Below, in pieces: positions 44,931 to 54,253 of a stretch of DNA of 64,000 nucleotides (positions are counted from its first letter, which is position 1; each line of letters opens with the position of its first letter). The translations under genes and the position numbers were made by a program. This stretch comes from an uncultured Gemmatimonadales bacterium (lineage in GTDB: Bacteria; Gemmatimonadota; Gemmatimonadetes; Longimicrobiales; Gaopeijiaceae). Where the stretch lies: positions 32,001 through 96,000 of the forward strand of contig CAWGKG010000022.1 in the NCBI GenBank assembly GCA_963823035.1, written 5' to 3'. The notes beneath the pieces were generated by a model. That model saw only the letters and a program-made list of their open reading frames with translations, made no database searches and was not told where the DNA came from.

Positions 44931-46714
44931 CGGACCTCCGTCCAACCCGAGCGGCGCACGCCGCCCGTGTCCGACCCGGCGGTCACGCGGACGCGCGCGC
45001 CCCCGGCTGTCGCGCCGGCGCCGGGGCGCACGACCCAGGACACCGTGCGCGACCTCTCCGTGACCGCCTGCAGGTAGGGGTTCGAGCCGGCGAGGTGGCC
45101 GACCGTGCGCCGCGCCGTCCCGTCGACGATCTCGACCCCGTCCACCTCGAGCATCGCCCACGGTGGCGCGACGACCTGCGCGCGCACGGAGCCGTCCGGA
45201 CGCTCTTCACCGACCGTGCCGCGGTCGGTGAGGCTCGTGGGGAGGTAGCCCGAGTTGGACAGCGTCGCCTCGATGCGGAAGGTCCCGTCGCGGAGGGGCC
45301 GCACGCTCGGGCCCTCCAGCTCGACCAGGGGCGACTGCTCCCCGATGTAGAGGTACCACGGCATCTGTGCCGCCGTCTCCTCCTCCAGGAACTCGGGCGG
45401 GGGGTTCTGCCCCCAGAACTTCGCGTGCCACCCGCCGATCTCGACGCGGCCGAGCTGGGGGTGATCGAAGGGCGTCCACGGGGCGAAGTAACGCCCGCCC
45501 AGCTCCTCATCGTCGAAGCGCAGGCTCTCCGCCTCGCTGATGTCCCCGTCGCCGTCGTAGTCCGTGACCCACGCCTCCGGCCCCGGCACGAACTCCGGCA
45601 CCCAGCCGATGATCCCCCGGTCCCAGTAGCCCCAGGAGATGAGCGTCCCGTAGCGGTGCTCGGTCGGATGCGTGCTGCTCGGGATCACGGGGCGGCCCGT
45701 CGTGCGCGTGTACTCTTCCCCGAGGTGCTCGATGAGCTGCAGGTCGATCGCCGGGAAGGTGGAGGGCGGCGAGGCCGACGGGAGCCTGTACACGAAGCCG
45801 CCCGCGGTGTGGCCGTGGATGATCCCGGTGACGTTGCGATGCGCGTCGATGAACGCGACGGCGGCGCGCGTCTCCGGCTCGGAGAGCGGGTAGTCCCCCG
45901 CCCCGTTCTGGATGTGCTCCCGCTCCCAGTTGCGCGGGAAGTTCCGGTTCATGTCGATGCCGCCGATGCCGTCCTCGTCGATGGCGCCGTCGCCGTCGTC
46001 GTCCACGCCCTCGCGCAGGACGCGGTAGCGCACGCCCGGCCGCTCGTGACGCGGGTCGCGGATCATCGCGCGCGGCTCGGCCGGGTCGGCCACCCAATCC
46101 CCCTCGTCGTCGGGCAGGCGCATCTGCGTGATCCACCCGTCTCCGTTCAGATCCTGGGGAGGATCCTCGTCGGCCACGCCGTCCTCGTCCTCGTCGACCG
46201 GATGCGTGGTGCTGCGCAGGAACTGGTCGTCGAGGAGCGCGATGTCGGAGCCGTCCGGGTTGAACTTGGGGCGCACGTACACCGCGCGGGTGTCGAGGAG
46301 CGCCGTGATGCGCGGGTCCTTCCCGTAGCCGTTCAGGAGGTAGCCGACGAAGTAGGTGGCCACCGCCGAGCCGGTCAGCTCGCCCGCGTGGATGCCGCCG
46401 TCCACGTACAGGGCGGGCTTCTCCGAGGCGGGCCCGGTCGCCTCGTTGGTGATCTCGATGACCATGAGTGGCTGGCCCCGCCAACTCTCCCCGATCGAGT
46501 ACAGCTCCGTGAGCTCCGGACGGAGGACGTGCAGCTCCCCGAGGATCTGGTTGGTCTCGGCCGCCGTGTAGAAGCGGTTCCAGTCCACGCTTCCGTCCGG
46601 CGCCACCAGGCCCACGGCCTGCGCCGTCACGGAGCCCGCGGCGAGCATGGGAGCGAAGGCGCCCAGGAGGGCGCCCACCACGATGGTGGGAAAGAGCTGC
46701 GCGTGGCGCGTCAT
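44927..46714 (-). CDS. Secreted M14 zinc carboxypeptidase
   Basis: GGIHAGE, NPDG, DMNRNF, SEPET, HGHT, DxDxDG Ca-binding loops, GGAGG RBS. Confidence 0.9.
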   Translation of the reverse strand: MTRHAQLFPTIVVGALLGAFAPMLAAGSVTAQAVGLVAPDGSVDWNRFYTAAETNQILGELHVLRPELTELYSIGESWRGQPLMVIEITNEATGPASEKPALYVDGGIHAGELTGSAVATYFVGYLLNGYGKDPRITALLDTRAVYVRPKFNPDGSDIALLDDQFLRSTTHPVDEDEDGVADEDPPQDLNGDGWITQMRLPDDEGDWVADPAEPRAMIRDPRHERPGVRYRVLREGVDDDGDGAIDEDGIGGIDMNRNFPRNWEREHIQNGAGDYPLSEPETRAAVAFIDAHRNVTGIIHGHTAGGFVYRLPSASPPSTFPAIDLQLIEHLGEEYTRTTGRPVIPSSTHPTEHRYGTLISWGYWDRGIIGWVPEFVPGPEAWVTDYDGDGDISEAESLRFDDEELGGRYFAPWTPFDHPQLGRVEIGGWHAKFWGQNPPPEFLEEETAAQMPWYLYIGEQSPLVELEGPSVRPLRDGTFRIEATLSNSGYLPTSLTDRGTVGEERPDGSVRAQVVAPPWAMLEVDGVEIVDGTARRTVGHLAGSNPYLQAVTERSRTVSWVVRPGAGATAGGARVRVTAGSDTGGVRRSGWTEVR

Positions 46715-46910
46715 GACTTCCTCCGGGGAAGGCCGCACGGGTCGAGTTGCGGCAGCGGCAATTTGAGCGTCCGCGCTCCTCCTGACCACTGGGCCCACGA
46801 CGTCCGCGTTACCGGGGGGCCGGGGCCGGCACGGCCACCTTGTGGGAGGAGGATCGGGAGTCCCAACTTGGGAAGGGACGCCTTCTCCTCCGCCCAGCAA
46901 GGAGGCTTCG

Positions 46911-48041
46911 CTGGCAGCGCTCGTCTACCGGGGTCTCACGATCCTCCTCGCCGCCCTGGCCGTCATCGGCCAGGTCGCCCTCCTCGACGCTCTGTACAGG
47001 GACGGCGTCGGGCTCGGCACGATCAGCCTGGGCGCCGTGCGTCCGGCGCTGCTGTCGGCGGTCGTCACCGGCGCGGTGGTCTCCCTCGTCTCGGCGGCGC
47101 TGGCCGTGGCGATGGCCGTCCGCCGACCGGCGCGGCCGGGAGCGCGACCGATGGGGCTGGCGCTGGGCGTGTGGGCCTATCTCCTGGCCTACTCGGGGAT
47201 CGTGGTCCTCCTGGCGCCCGGCGCGACCTCGGCCCTGCGCAGGCCTTTCGACATCCACTTCCTCGTGGTGGAGGCCCTCGGCCTCGCCGCCCTGATCCGT
47301 TTCACGGCCATCTTCCCCCGACCGCTCCGTCCGGAGCACCTGCAGGATCCCGCCACCCTCCCGGCCGTGGTGGCGTCGGCGCAGCGCGTGAGGATCTGGC
47401 TTCTCCGTCCCGCGGCCCCCTGGGTCTGCGCCCTCCTGGCCGTGGTCGTCGCGGTCGCCACGAACACCGCGCTGGGACGTCCGATCGAGGACACGGCGCT
47501 CCTCCCGCTGACCGACGTGCTGCGCCTGCTCGCCCTCGGGGTGGTGGTGTTCAACCTGCGACGGTCGTACCTCTCCTGCCCTCCGACCGAGCGCGCGCCC
47601 ATGACCTGGGTGGTCCTCGGCTTCGGGCTGCTCGTCGGCACGGTCGGCCTGGTGCTGGGAGGGAACGTCCTCTCCGCCGCGACCGGGTGGGAGCTGCCGG
47701 CGGTCAACTGGCGTCCGATCGTCCTCCACCTCGGTGTGGTCGGACTGCTGTGGGGAAGCGCGATGGGCGTCTTCTACGTGGGCGCGGCCGACCCCGGTCC
47801 TCTCGTGCGACGCGTCGCCGTGCTTTCCGGCATGGCCACCTTCGCGCTCTTCCTCGCGGCCGGGCTCGAGATCCTGCTCTCCGGCGGCGTTGCCGCACGC
47901 TTCGCCATGCCGAGCGGCACGGGTACGTTGCTCGCGCTGGTGGTCACCGCGCTCGTGTATGGCCGGACCCGGCGACCGCTGGAGGACTTCCTCTCGCAGC
48001 CGTGGATCGAAGCCCGCCCCGCGCTGCACGCGGAGCCCTGA
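46911..48041 (+). CDS. Polytopic membrane protein of unknown function
   Basis: About 10 hydrophobic segments. AAGGAGG lies 5 nt before an in-frame CTG (alternative GTG start at 46842). Confidence 0.7.
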   Translation: MAALVYRGLTILLAALAVIGQVALLDALYRDGVGLGTISLGAVRPALLSAVVTGAVVSLVSAALAVAMAVRRPARPGARPMGLALGVWAYLLAYSGIVVLLAPGATSALRRPFDIHFLVVEALGLAALIRFTAIFPRPLRPEHLQDPATLPAVVASAQRVRIWLLRPAAPWVCALLAVVVAVATNTALGRPIEDTALLPLTDVLRLLALGVVVFNLRRSYLSCPPTERAPMTWVVLGFGLLVGTVGLVLGGNVLSAATGWELPAVNWRPIVLHLGVVGLLWGSAMGVFYVGAADPGPLVRRVAVLSGMATFALFLAAGLEILLSGGVAARFAMPSGTGTLLALVVTALVYGRTRRPLEDFLSQPWIEARPALHAEP

Positions 48042-48074
48042 GGGGCCCCCACCCCGGGCGAGCCGATCACCGGC

Positions 48075-48101
48075 CGTCACAATCCCACCGCACCGGTCGT
48101 T
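48075..48101 (+). promoter_or_regulatory. ECF promoter motif CGTCAC-N16-TCGTT (probable autoregulatory promoter)
   Basis: Directly upstream of the sigma ATG at 48115. Repeated at 26407 and 51685. Confidence 0.65.
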
Positions 48102-48114
48102 TCCCTCCCAGATC

Positions 48115-48606
48115 ATGGACTTCGACGCCACGTTCGACGCGATGTATCCGCCGCTGGTGCGATACTGCCATCGCCTGACGGGAGATCGGGATGCTGCGGA
48201 GGACGCGGCACAGGAGGCGCTCGTGCGCCTGTACACCCGCGACGTGGAGGGACCGGAGCCCGCGATACGGGTGTGGCTGTTCAAGACGGCGACCCACCTG
48301 ATCCGCGACCGCTTCCGCGTGGACGAGAACCGGCGACGGCTTCTCCAGGAGAACCCGGTGACGCCCGGAGGCTTCGAGGGCCCCGAGCGGTCGCTGGAGC
48401 GGAGCCTGGAGCGGGAACGGGCCCGCAAGGCGCTCGCGGAGCTCGGGGATCGCGACCGGGAGATGCTGCTCATGCGGTACGAGGGATTCAGCTACAAGGA
48501 GATCGCCGACGTGATCGACGTCGCCGCGACGTCCGTAGGGACGTTGCTCGCCCGTGCCGAGCGCCGCTTCTTCGAAGCGGTGGGCGGTACGGAGGAGCCC
48601 GCATGA
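48115..48606 (+). CDS. ECF RNA polymerase sigma-70 factor
   Basis: AEDAAQEALVRL, VWLFKTA, FSYKEIA...SVGTLLARAERRF. Confidence 0.92.
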   Translation: MDFDATFDAMYPPLVRYCHRLTGDRDAAEDAAQEALVRLYTRDVEGPEPAIRVWLFKTATHLIRDRFRVDENRRRLLQENPVTPGGFEGPERSLERSLERERARKALAELGDRDREMLLMRYEGFSYKEIADVIDVAATSVGTLLARAERRFFEAVGGTEEPA

Positions 48607-49392
48607 GCGGGCATCTCGACGAGGGACGGCTGCTGGCGCTGCGCGACGACGCGGAGGCCGCGGACGCGGAGGCGCGCGGCCACCTGGCCTCGTGCGCCAC
48701 GTGCGCCGGGGCGCTCGCGACACTGCGCGATCGGGCGTCGGTCGTTGCCGCCGCTCTGGACACCCTCGACGCCGGGTGGGACGTCGAGGGGGCGCGCGCC
48801 CGTGTCCGGGAACGGGTCGCCGAGTCGACCGCTGCCCGGGCGGGCACCGCGAGCGTCCTGGGCCGACGCTCCCGTGCCGCGATGTGGACGGTGTCGCGTG
48901 CGGCCGGGATCCTCCTGGTGACGGCCGCCGCCGCGTCGGCTCTCCCCGGCTCCCCGGTCCGGCAGTGGCTGAGCGACCGCCTCGGTGGGGGCGAGGTCGC
49001 CACGACCGCCCCGGCCGCCGTCGACGAGCGCGCCGATCGCGGCCGCCGCCGCGTCGGAGGCCACGGGGGTGCGCCTGTCGGTGCCCTCGGGACCGCTCCG
49101 GGTCGTGCTGCGCGACGTGCTCGCCGGCAGCGAGGTGCGTGTGGTGCTCGTGCCCGGCACGGAGGCAGCCGTGTTCGCACCGGCGGGCAGCCGCTTCACC
49201 TCCGCCTCCGGACGGGTGGAGGCACGGGTGACGCCCGGGGAGGTGCGCGTCGAGCTCCCGACGGGGGTCGATCCGGTATCCCTGGAGGTGGGCGGACGTA
49301 TCTACCTGCGGAGCACGGACGCCGGTCTCGACGTATCAGGACCGGTGACGTCCCGCACCGACGACGAGATCATCTTCCGCATTCCCGGCTGA
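48603..49392 (+). CDS. Zinc-finger (HxxxCxxC) anti-sigma factor (frameshift near 49030)
   Basis: HLDEGRL...HLASCATC, TM helix, periplasmic beta domain, ATGA overlap with the sigma gene. Confidence 0.8.
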
Positions 49393-49403
49393 GCTGGCTC
49401 CTC

Positions 49404-51668
49404 GTGCACGCCCGTAGCCTCCCGTTCCTGATCGGCCTCCTGTTCGCGGCGGCCCATCCGCTCGCCGCGCAGACGGCGGGCTCCGTCTCCGGAACCGTGC
49501 TCGGGCGCTTCGAGCAGGACGTGCGCCCCCTCCCCTTCGCGCTGGTCGAGGCGTGGGCGGGCACGTACCGGCGGTCGGTCGTGGCGGACAGCCTGGGCCG
49601 CTACCAGCTCGCTTCGGTGCCGCCCGGCACGCTGCACGTGCGCGTGACGCACGCCGGGCACGATCCGGTCGTGCTCGACGTCGTCGTGCCGTCGGACGGG
49701 CCGGTGCTGGTGGACCTGGAGCTCAGCGCGCACCCCGTGCAGCTCCCGCCCGTGGACGTCACCGCGGGCGTGCACGTTCCCGACCCGGACGATCGCGGGG
49801 CGAGCGCGGCGGGCGCCACCACGCGCGTCGACGCGGCCGCCATCGAGATCGGCTCCGGCGTGGCGGACGCGGGGCTCATCGACGCGGTGCGCGCCCTCGG
49901 GGGGAACGATCCAGGCCAGGCGTCGGACGTGCTCTTCATGCGGGGCTCCACCACGGACCTGAAGCTCGTCCTCCTCGACGGAGCCCCGGTCTACACGCCC
50001 TTCCATGTGGCGGGGCTGCTGCGGAGCTTCGAGCCCTCCGTGCTCGGCAGCGCCGACCTGCACGTGGGGGGTGCGCCGGCGCGCTACGACGGGGGCCTGA
50101 CGTACATCCTCGACCTGAAGACGCGCAGTCCGCGCCGGGATCGCGTGCACGCGTCCGGGTCCCTCGACCTTCTCTCGGGCACGGTGGCGTTGGACGGACC
50201 GCTGGGGGAGCACGCCGGGGTGGTGGCGTCCGCGCGCATGCTGCACAACCTGGCGCGGGCCCCGCTCGGTGCCTCTCCGTACGGCTACCACGACGGGCTC
50301 GTGGGGCTGGAGGCCGAGCCGGCGCCCGGCCAGATCGTCCACGCCACGGGCTTCTGGAACCGTGAGTCGGTGGTGCTCGACATCCCCGAGACCGCGCAGC
50401 TCCTCACGGGCGCGGTGCCCGACGAGGCCTGGTGGTCCAACCGCTCGGCCTCCGCCGGGTGGCGCGGCCACGTCGGCGGGCTCCTGACCGAGGCGATCGT
50501 GGCGGCCAGCGGCTACGACGCACGGCTCCCCTTCCGCCCGGCGTCCACCGGCGGGGATCCGGACCCGAAGGCGCTGCTCGCGCACGCCAGCACGACGCGT
50601 TTCCGCGGCGGCGTGGAGGCCGCGCGCCCGCTGGAGTCGGGGATGGTCAGGATGGGCCTCTCCTGGGAGAGCGCGGATGCGACGTACACGGCCGCGCCCC
50701 TCGAGCAGGGCGCCAACCCTTCGGCGGCGCTCAACAGCTCGTCGAGCGTCGGGGGCTACGTCGACGTGACGCGCGGGCTGGCCCCGGACGTCACGCTGCG
50801 GGCCGGCGTGCGCGCGGACCGCTTCTCCGGGGATGCCTCACCCCGCGTCGCGCCCCGCGTGGCGCTCACCTGGGAGGTGACCCCCGAGGCCACCCTCACG
50901 ATGGCCACGGGCCGCTACCACCAGAGCACGCGCGCCAGCGACCTGACGGTGGCGGCCTCGCTGGCGTCGACGGCGGCCGGCGCTCCCCAGACCACCGACC
51001 TCCTCCCCGTGGCCACGGCCGACCACGTCGTCGTCTCCTTCGACCAGGTCATGGGCGAGCGGGTGCGCCTGGGCATCTCGGGGTTCTGGAAGAGCTATCA
51101 TGGGCTCATGCCGACCCAGGCCGAGCCGATCCGCAGCTCCGGCGTCGACCTGCGCGTGCAGCGGCGGGGCGAGCACGCGACCGCCTGGCTCGGCTACGGG
51201 CTCACCTGGTACTGGTCCGACGCCGACCTCTCGGGCTCGTCCACCGACTTCGCCGGACGCCAACTCCTGACGGCGGGGCTCACCGGGCCGCTCGGCTCCC
51301 TCTTCGGCGCCGACGTGCGCGTCGCGTACGGGGCCGGCCTGCCCTACACGAGCGTGCCGCTGCGGGCCCAGTCGCCCGACGCCCTGCCGGACCAGCTCTC
51401 CGACACCGGAGACGTGATCGAGCAGACGCCTCCGCTCCCCGGGGGACCCCACGAGGACTTCCTCCGCCTGGACGTGGAGCTCTACGCGACCTTCACCCCC
51501 GAGTGGGGCGGCCACGGCTGGGAGATCCGCCCGTACGTGCGCGTGCTGAACGCGCTGGACAGGCGGGACGCCCTCTTCTACGCCTTCCAGCCATGGCGGA
51601 GCGACGCGCTCACGCCGCTGGCGCAGCGACCGCTCGTGCCGGTGTTCGGGATGGCCTGGAAGTTCTGA
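49404..51668 (+). CDS. TonB-dependent receptor-like outer membrane protein
   Basis: Signal peptide, carboxypeptidase-regulatory-like domain, plug (MRGS..D...LLDGAPVY.PFH, GAPARYDGGL), barrel ending WKF. Confidence 0.88.
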   Translation: MHARSLPFLIGLLFAAAHPLAAQTAGSVSGTVLGRFEQDVRPLPFALVEAWAGTYRRSVVADSLGRYQLASVPPGTLHVRVTHAGHDPVVLDVVVPSDGPVLVDLELSAHPVQLPPVDVTAGVHVPDPDDRGASAAGATTRVDAAAIEIGSGVADAGLIDAVRALGGNDPGQASDVLFMRGSTTDLKLVLLDGAPVYTPFHVAGLLRSFEPSVLGSADLHVGGAPARYDGGLTYILDLKTRSPRRDRVHASGSLDLLSGTVALDGPLGEHAGVVASARMLHNLARAPLGASPYGYHDGLVGLEAEPAPGQIVHATGFWNRESVVLDIPETAQLLTGAVPDEAWWSNRSASAGWRGHVGGLLTEAIVAASGYDARLPFRPASTGGDPDPKALLAHASTTRFRGGVEAARPLESGMVRMGLSWESADATYTAAPLEQGANPSAALNSSSSVGGYVDVTRGLAPDVTLRAGVRADRFSGDASPRVAPRVALTWEVTPEATLTMATGRYHQSTRASDLTVAASLASTAAGAPQTTDLLPVATADHVVVSFDQVMGERVRLGISGFWKSYHGLMPTQAEPIRSSGVDLRVQRRGEHATAWLGYGLTWYWSDADLSGSSTDFAGRQLLTAGLTGPLGSLFGADVRVAYGAGLPYTSVPLRAQSPDALPDQLSDTGDVIEQTPPLPGGPHEDFLRLDVELYATFTPEWGGHGWEIRPYVRVLNALDRRDALFYAFQPWRSDALTPLAQRPLVPVFGMAWKF

Positions 51669-51684
51669 GGACCGCAGGGAGCCG

Positions 51685-51711
51685 CGTCACGGCCCCTCCC
51701 CGCCACTCGTT
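51685..51711 (+). promoter_or_regulatory. ECF promoter motif copy CGTCAC-N16-TCGTT
   Basis: Intergenic, upstream of the OM protein gene at 51763. Confidence 0.62.
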
Positions 51712-51762
51712 CTCCTCACAGGGCTCGAAGGCCGTCGAGTCCGGCACTTCCGGGAGGAGAAG

Positions 51763-53244
51763 ATGGACCGTCCGCGCGTTCGCATCCCCGCCCTCGTCAC
51801 CCTCTTCCTCGCCGCCACGCTCACCCCACTCGGCGCGCAGCTCATCCAGCTCAAGACGCTGCCCCTCGCCACGGGGGAGCAGTTCCTCCTCTTCCCCTCG
51901 AGGACGCTGGCGATGGGCGGCCTCACCCTGGCCGTCGACGACCCGCTCGGGGACCCCTGGGCCAACCCCGCCCAAGGCGTCCGGATCGAACAGCCGCTCC
52001 TGATCGGCTCACCCACCTTCTACTCCATCGGGTCGGACGGCGGCGCGGGGCGCTCCTTCCCCGTCGCCGCGCTCTTCCGCGGCGGCCGCTGGTTCGGGGG
52101 CGTCGGCTTCGCGCTGCAGCAGGTGGTCAACGAGACGAGGGGCGAGGACTGGCTGCGGCTTCCCCCGGACGCGCTCTGGCTCGGCGCGCCGACCCGCCTG
52201 AGCGACGCCTCCGCCCGCAACGTCTACGCGCAGGGCTTCGTGGGCAGCCGACTGGGTGACGGGCCCTGGGCGCTCGGTCTCGGCTTCTCAGCCGCGGGAC
52301 TCGACGCCGTGGACGGCGTCGACCTCCTCTACGCGAACGCGGAGAGCATCGACCAGCACGGAACGATGAGCGACGTCCGCCTCGGACTCTACCGCGATGG
52401 GCCCCGCGACCGGCTCGCGCTCCTCCTCGTGCACGACCGCGTGTCGATGACGCACGACGTCACCTACCTCGACTTCCAGTGGGATACGGTGAGCTACATG
52501 CCGACCGTGACCCGCCGCGTCGACGAGAACCTCGACCAGACGCGGACGTGGGGCGTGCAGGCCGCGTACGACCGGGACCTCGACGCTCCGGGGTGGCGCG
52601 TGGGGGGCTCGGCCACCGTCAATCGGAAGACGCATCCGAAGATCCCGAACTACGAGATCCAGAACATCCCGCGCGACCCCGGCACGACGTGGGCGTACGA
52701 GCTCGGTGTGGGGCTCTCCCGTACGCGCGGCCCGACCGAGTTCGGCATCGACCTCCTCTTCCAGCCCATCTGGAGCGACACCTGGCAGGAGGCTGCGGCG
52801 AACGTGCCCACCGTCGGGGGCGGCGTCATCCCCAAGGGCGGACGCACGATCGAGAACGACTTCTTCTTCACGAACGTGGTGCTCCGCGCCGGCCTCTCGC
52901 ACGACCTGGGACGCGCGAGCGTGCAGGGCGGGCTCGAGCTGCGCTCGTACGACTACACCCTCGACCAGCGGGACCACGTGGCCGGCACCTTCCGCGACCA
53001 GGACGAGGCGTGGATGGAGTGGAGCCCCTCCGCGGGCGCCACCTTCCGCTTCTCGGACGTGGTGGTACGCTATGCCGGCCGGATCACGACCGGCACCGGC
53101 CAGCCCGGCGTCGAGCTCACGCCGGTGGCGATGGCCGACCAGGCCGCGCTCGCCGACTTCATCGTCGCACCGCGCGGTCCGCTGACGCTGCAGGAAGCGA
53201 GGGTCATGACGCATCAGCTCTCGGTGAGCATCCCGATCCGCTGA
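51763..53244 (+). CDS. Probable outer-membrane beta-barrel protein
   Basis: GGAGGAG RBS, signal peptide, AMGG...DP.ANPA (reminiscent of FadL/PorV N-termini), amphipathic strands. Confidence 0.72.
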   Translation: MDRPRVRIPALVTLFLAATLTPLGAQLIQLKTLPLATGEQFLLFPSRTLAMGGLTLAVDDPLGDPWANPAQGVRIEQPLLIGSPTFYSIGSDGGAGRSFPVAALFRGGRWFGGVGFALQQVVNETRGEDWLRLPPDALWLGAPTRLSDASARNVYAQGFVGSRLGDGPWALGLGFSAAGLDAVDGVDLLYANAESIDQHGTMSDVRLGLYRDGPRDRLALLLVHDRVSMTHDVTYLDFQWDTVSYMPTVTRRVDENLDQTRTWGVQAAYDRDLDAPGWRVGGSATVNRKTHPKIPNYEIQNIPRDPGTTWAYELGVGLSRTRGPTEFGIDLLFQPIWSDTWQEAAANVPTVGGGVIPKGGRTIENDFFFTNVVLRAGLSHDLGRASVQGGLELRSYDYTLDQRDHVAGTFRDQDEAWMEWSPSAGATFRFSDVVVRYAGRITTGTGQPGVELTPVAMADQAALADFIVAPRGPLTLQEARVMTHQLSVSIPIR

Positions 53245-53252
53245 CACCGCGC

Positions 53253-53696
53253 TCAGCCGTCGTCCGACCCGGGCCGCCCCCCCGGCAGGAGGACCGCCTC
53301 GAGGATCTCGACGGCACGGGCGAGCGTGCGTCGGTCCGGCTCGGGGAGGCGGTCCAGCTCGCTCGCGAGCCGCGAGACGCGTCGCTCGCGGCCCTCCTGG
53401 AGAAGACGGCGTCCGCGCGTCGTGGCCTGGGCGAGACGCACCCGTCCGTCGCGCGGGTCCGTGGAGACGCCTACGAGCCCCTCCGCCTCCAGCCCCCGCA
53501 CGAGGCGCGAGACCGTCGGAGGCCGCACCTGCTCCGCCGCGGCGAGGTCCCCCAGCGTGATCGGCCCGCCGAACACGATCACCGAGAGCGCGGAGAGGCG
53601 GGGCGCCGTGAGGCCGCTGGCCGTGTCTTCCGTCCGCAGCCGCCGCAGGAGATGGATCGCGGCGCTGTGCAGCCGGTCGGCGATGTCGACGGTCAT
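53253..53696 (-). CDS. MarR family transcriptional regulator
   Basis: LSALSVI, LAAAEQVRPPTVSRLV..LE..GLV, DPRDGR. Confidence 0.92.
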   Translation of the reverse strand: MTVDIADRLHSAAIHLLRRLRTEDTASGLTAPRLSALSVIVFGGPITLGDLAAAEQVRPPTVSRLVRGLEAEGLVGVSTDPRDGRVRLAQATTRGRRLLQEGRERRVSRLASELDRLPEPDRRTLARAVEILEAVLLPGGRPGSDDG

Positions 53697-53715
53697 TGCG
53701 CGGGCCCCTCCAGAT

Positions 53716-53736
53716 ATTTAGTTATGCTAAGTAAAT
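53716..53736. promoter_or_regulatory. Inverted repeat, probable MarR operator
   Basis: ATTTAGTTA-TGC-TAAGTAAAT (8/9 arm match), AT-rich, between the divergent marR and VOC genes. Confidence 0.7.
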
Positions 53737-53798
53737 TCTATGCCGACGCCCCGGGGACCACAACCTTCCGGGGCCCGACCCTCCACAGGAGCGTGCCC

Positions 53799-54192
53799 AT
53801 GTCCACCCCCTTCGGCCTCTCCACCCTGGGGCAGATCTCGTTGAACGTGAAGGAGCCGGAGCGCGCCGTGGCGTTCTGGCGGGACAAGCTCGGTGCGCGC
53901 TTCCTCTTCCAGGCCCCGCCGAACCTCGCCTTCTTCGACCTGGGCGGCGTGCGCCTCATGCTGTCGCCCCCCGAGCGGCCGGGAGACGACCGCCCGGGCT
54001 CCGTGCTGTACTTCAAGGTGGACGACATCGGGGCGCGCGCACGCGGAGCTCGTAGGCCGCGGCGTGACCTTCGAGGACGAGCCGCACCGCATCGCCGACA
54101 TGGGATCCTACGAGCTGTGGATGACCTTCTTCCGCGACTCGGAGGGCAACCTGCTCTCCCTCATGGCCGAGGTCGCCAAGGCCGCATCTTGA
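53799..54192 (+). CDS. VOC/glyoxalase family protein (frameshift near 54035)
   Basis: LGQISLNV, FWRDKLG, LYFKVDDI, FFRDSEGNLL. Confidence 0.85.
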
Positions 54193-54253
54193 CCACGGGG
54201 CCTGGAGGGCTCTATTCATCTCCCCCGAAACGGGCAACGACCATCCAGGAGCC

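Noticed and set aside
43829..48178. 1449-aa plus-strand ORF and similar long antisense ORFs
   Set aside because: These are shadow ORFs of high-GC coding sequence with Arg/Gly/Ala-rich composition, overlapping well-supported genes.
48273..51668. Apparent anti-sigma/TonB receptor fusion
   Set aside because: The anti-sigma C-domain lies in another frame ending at 49392, and the receptor has its own signal peptide.
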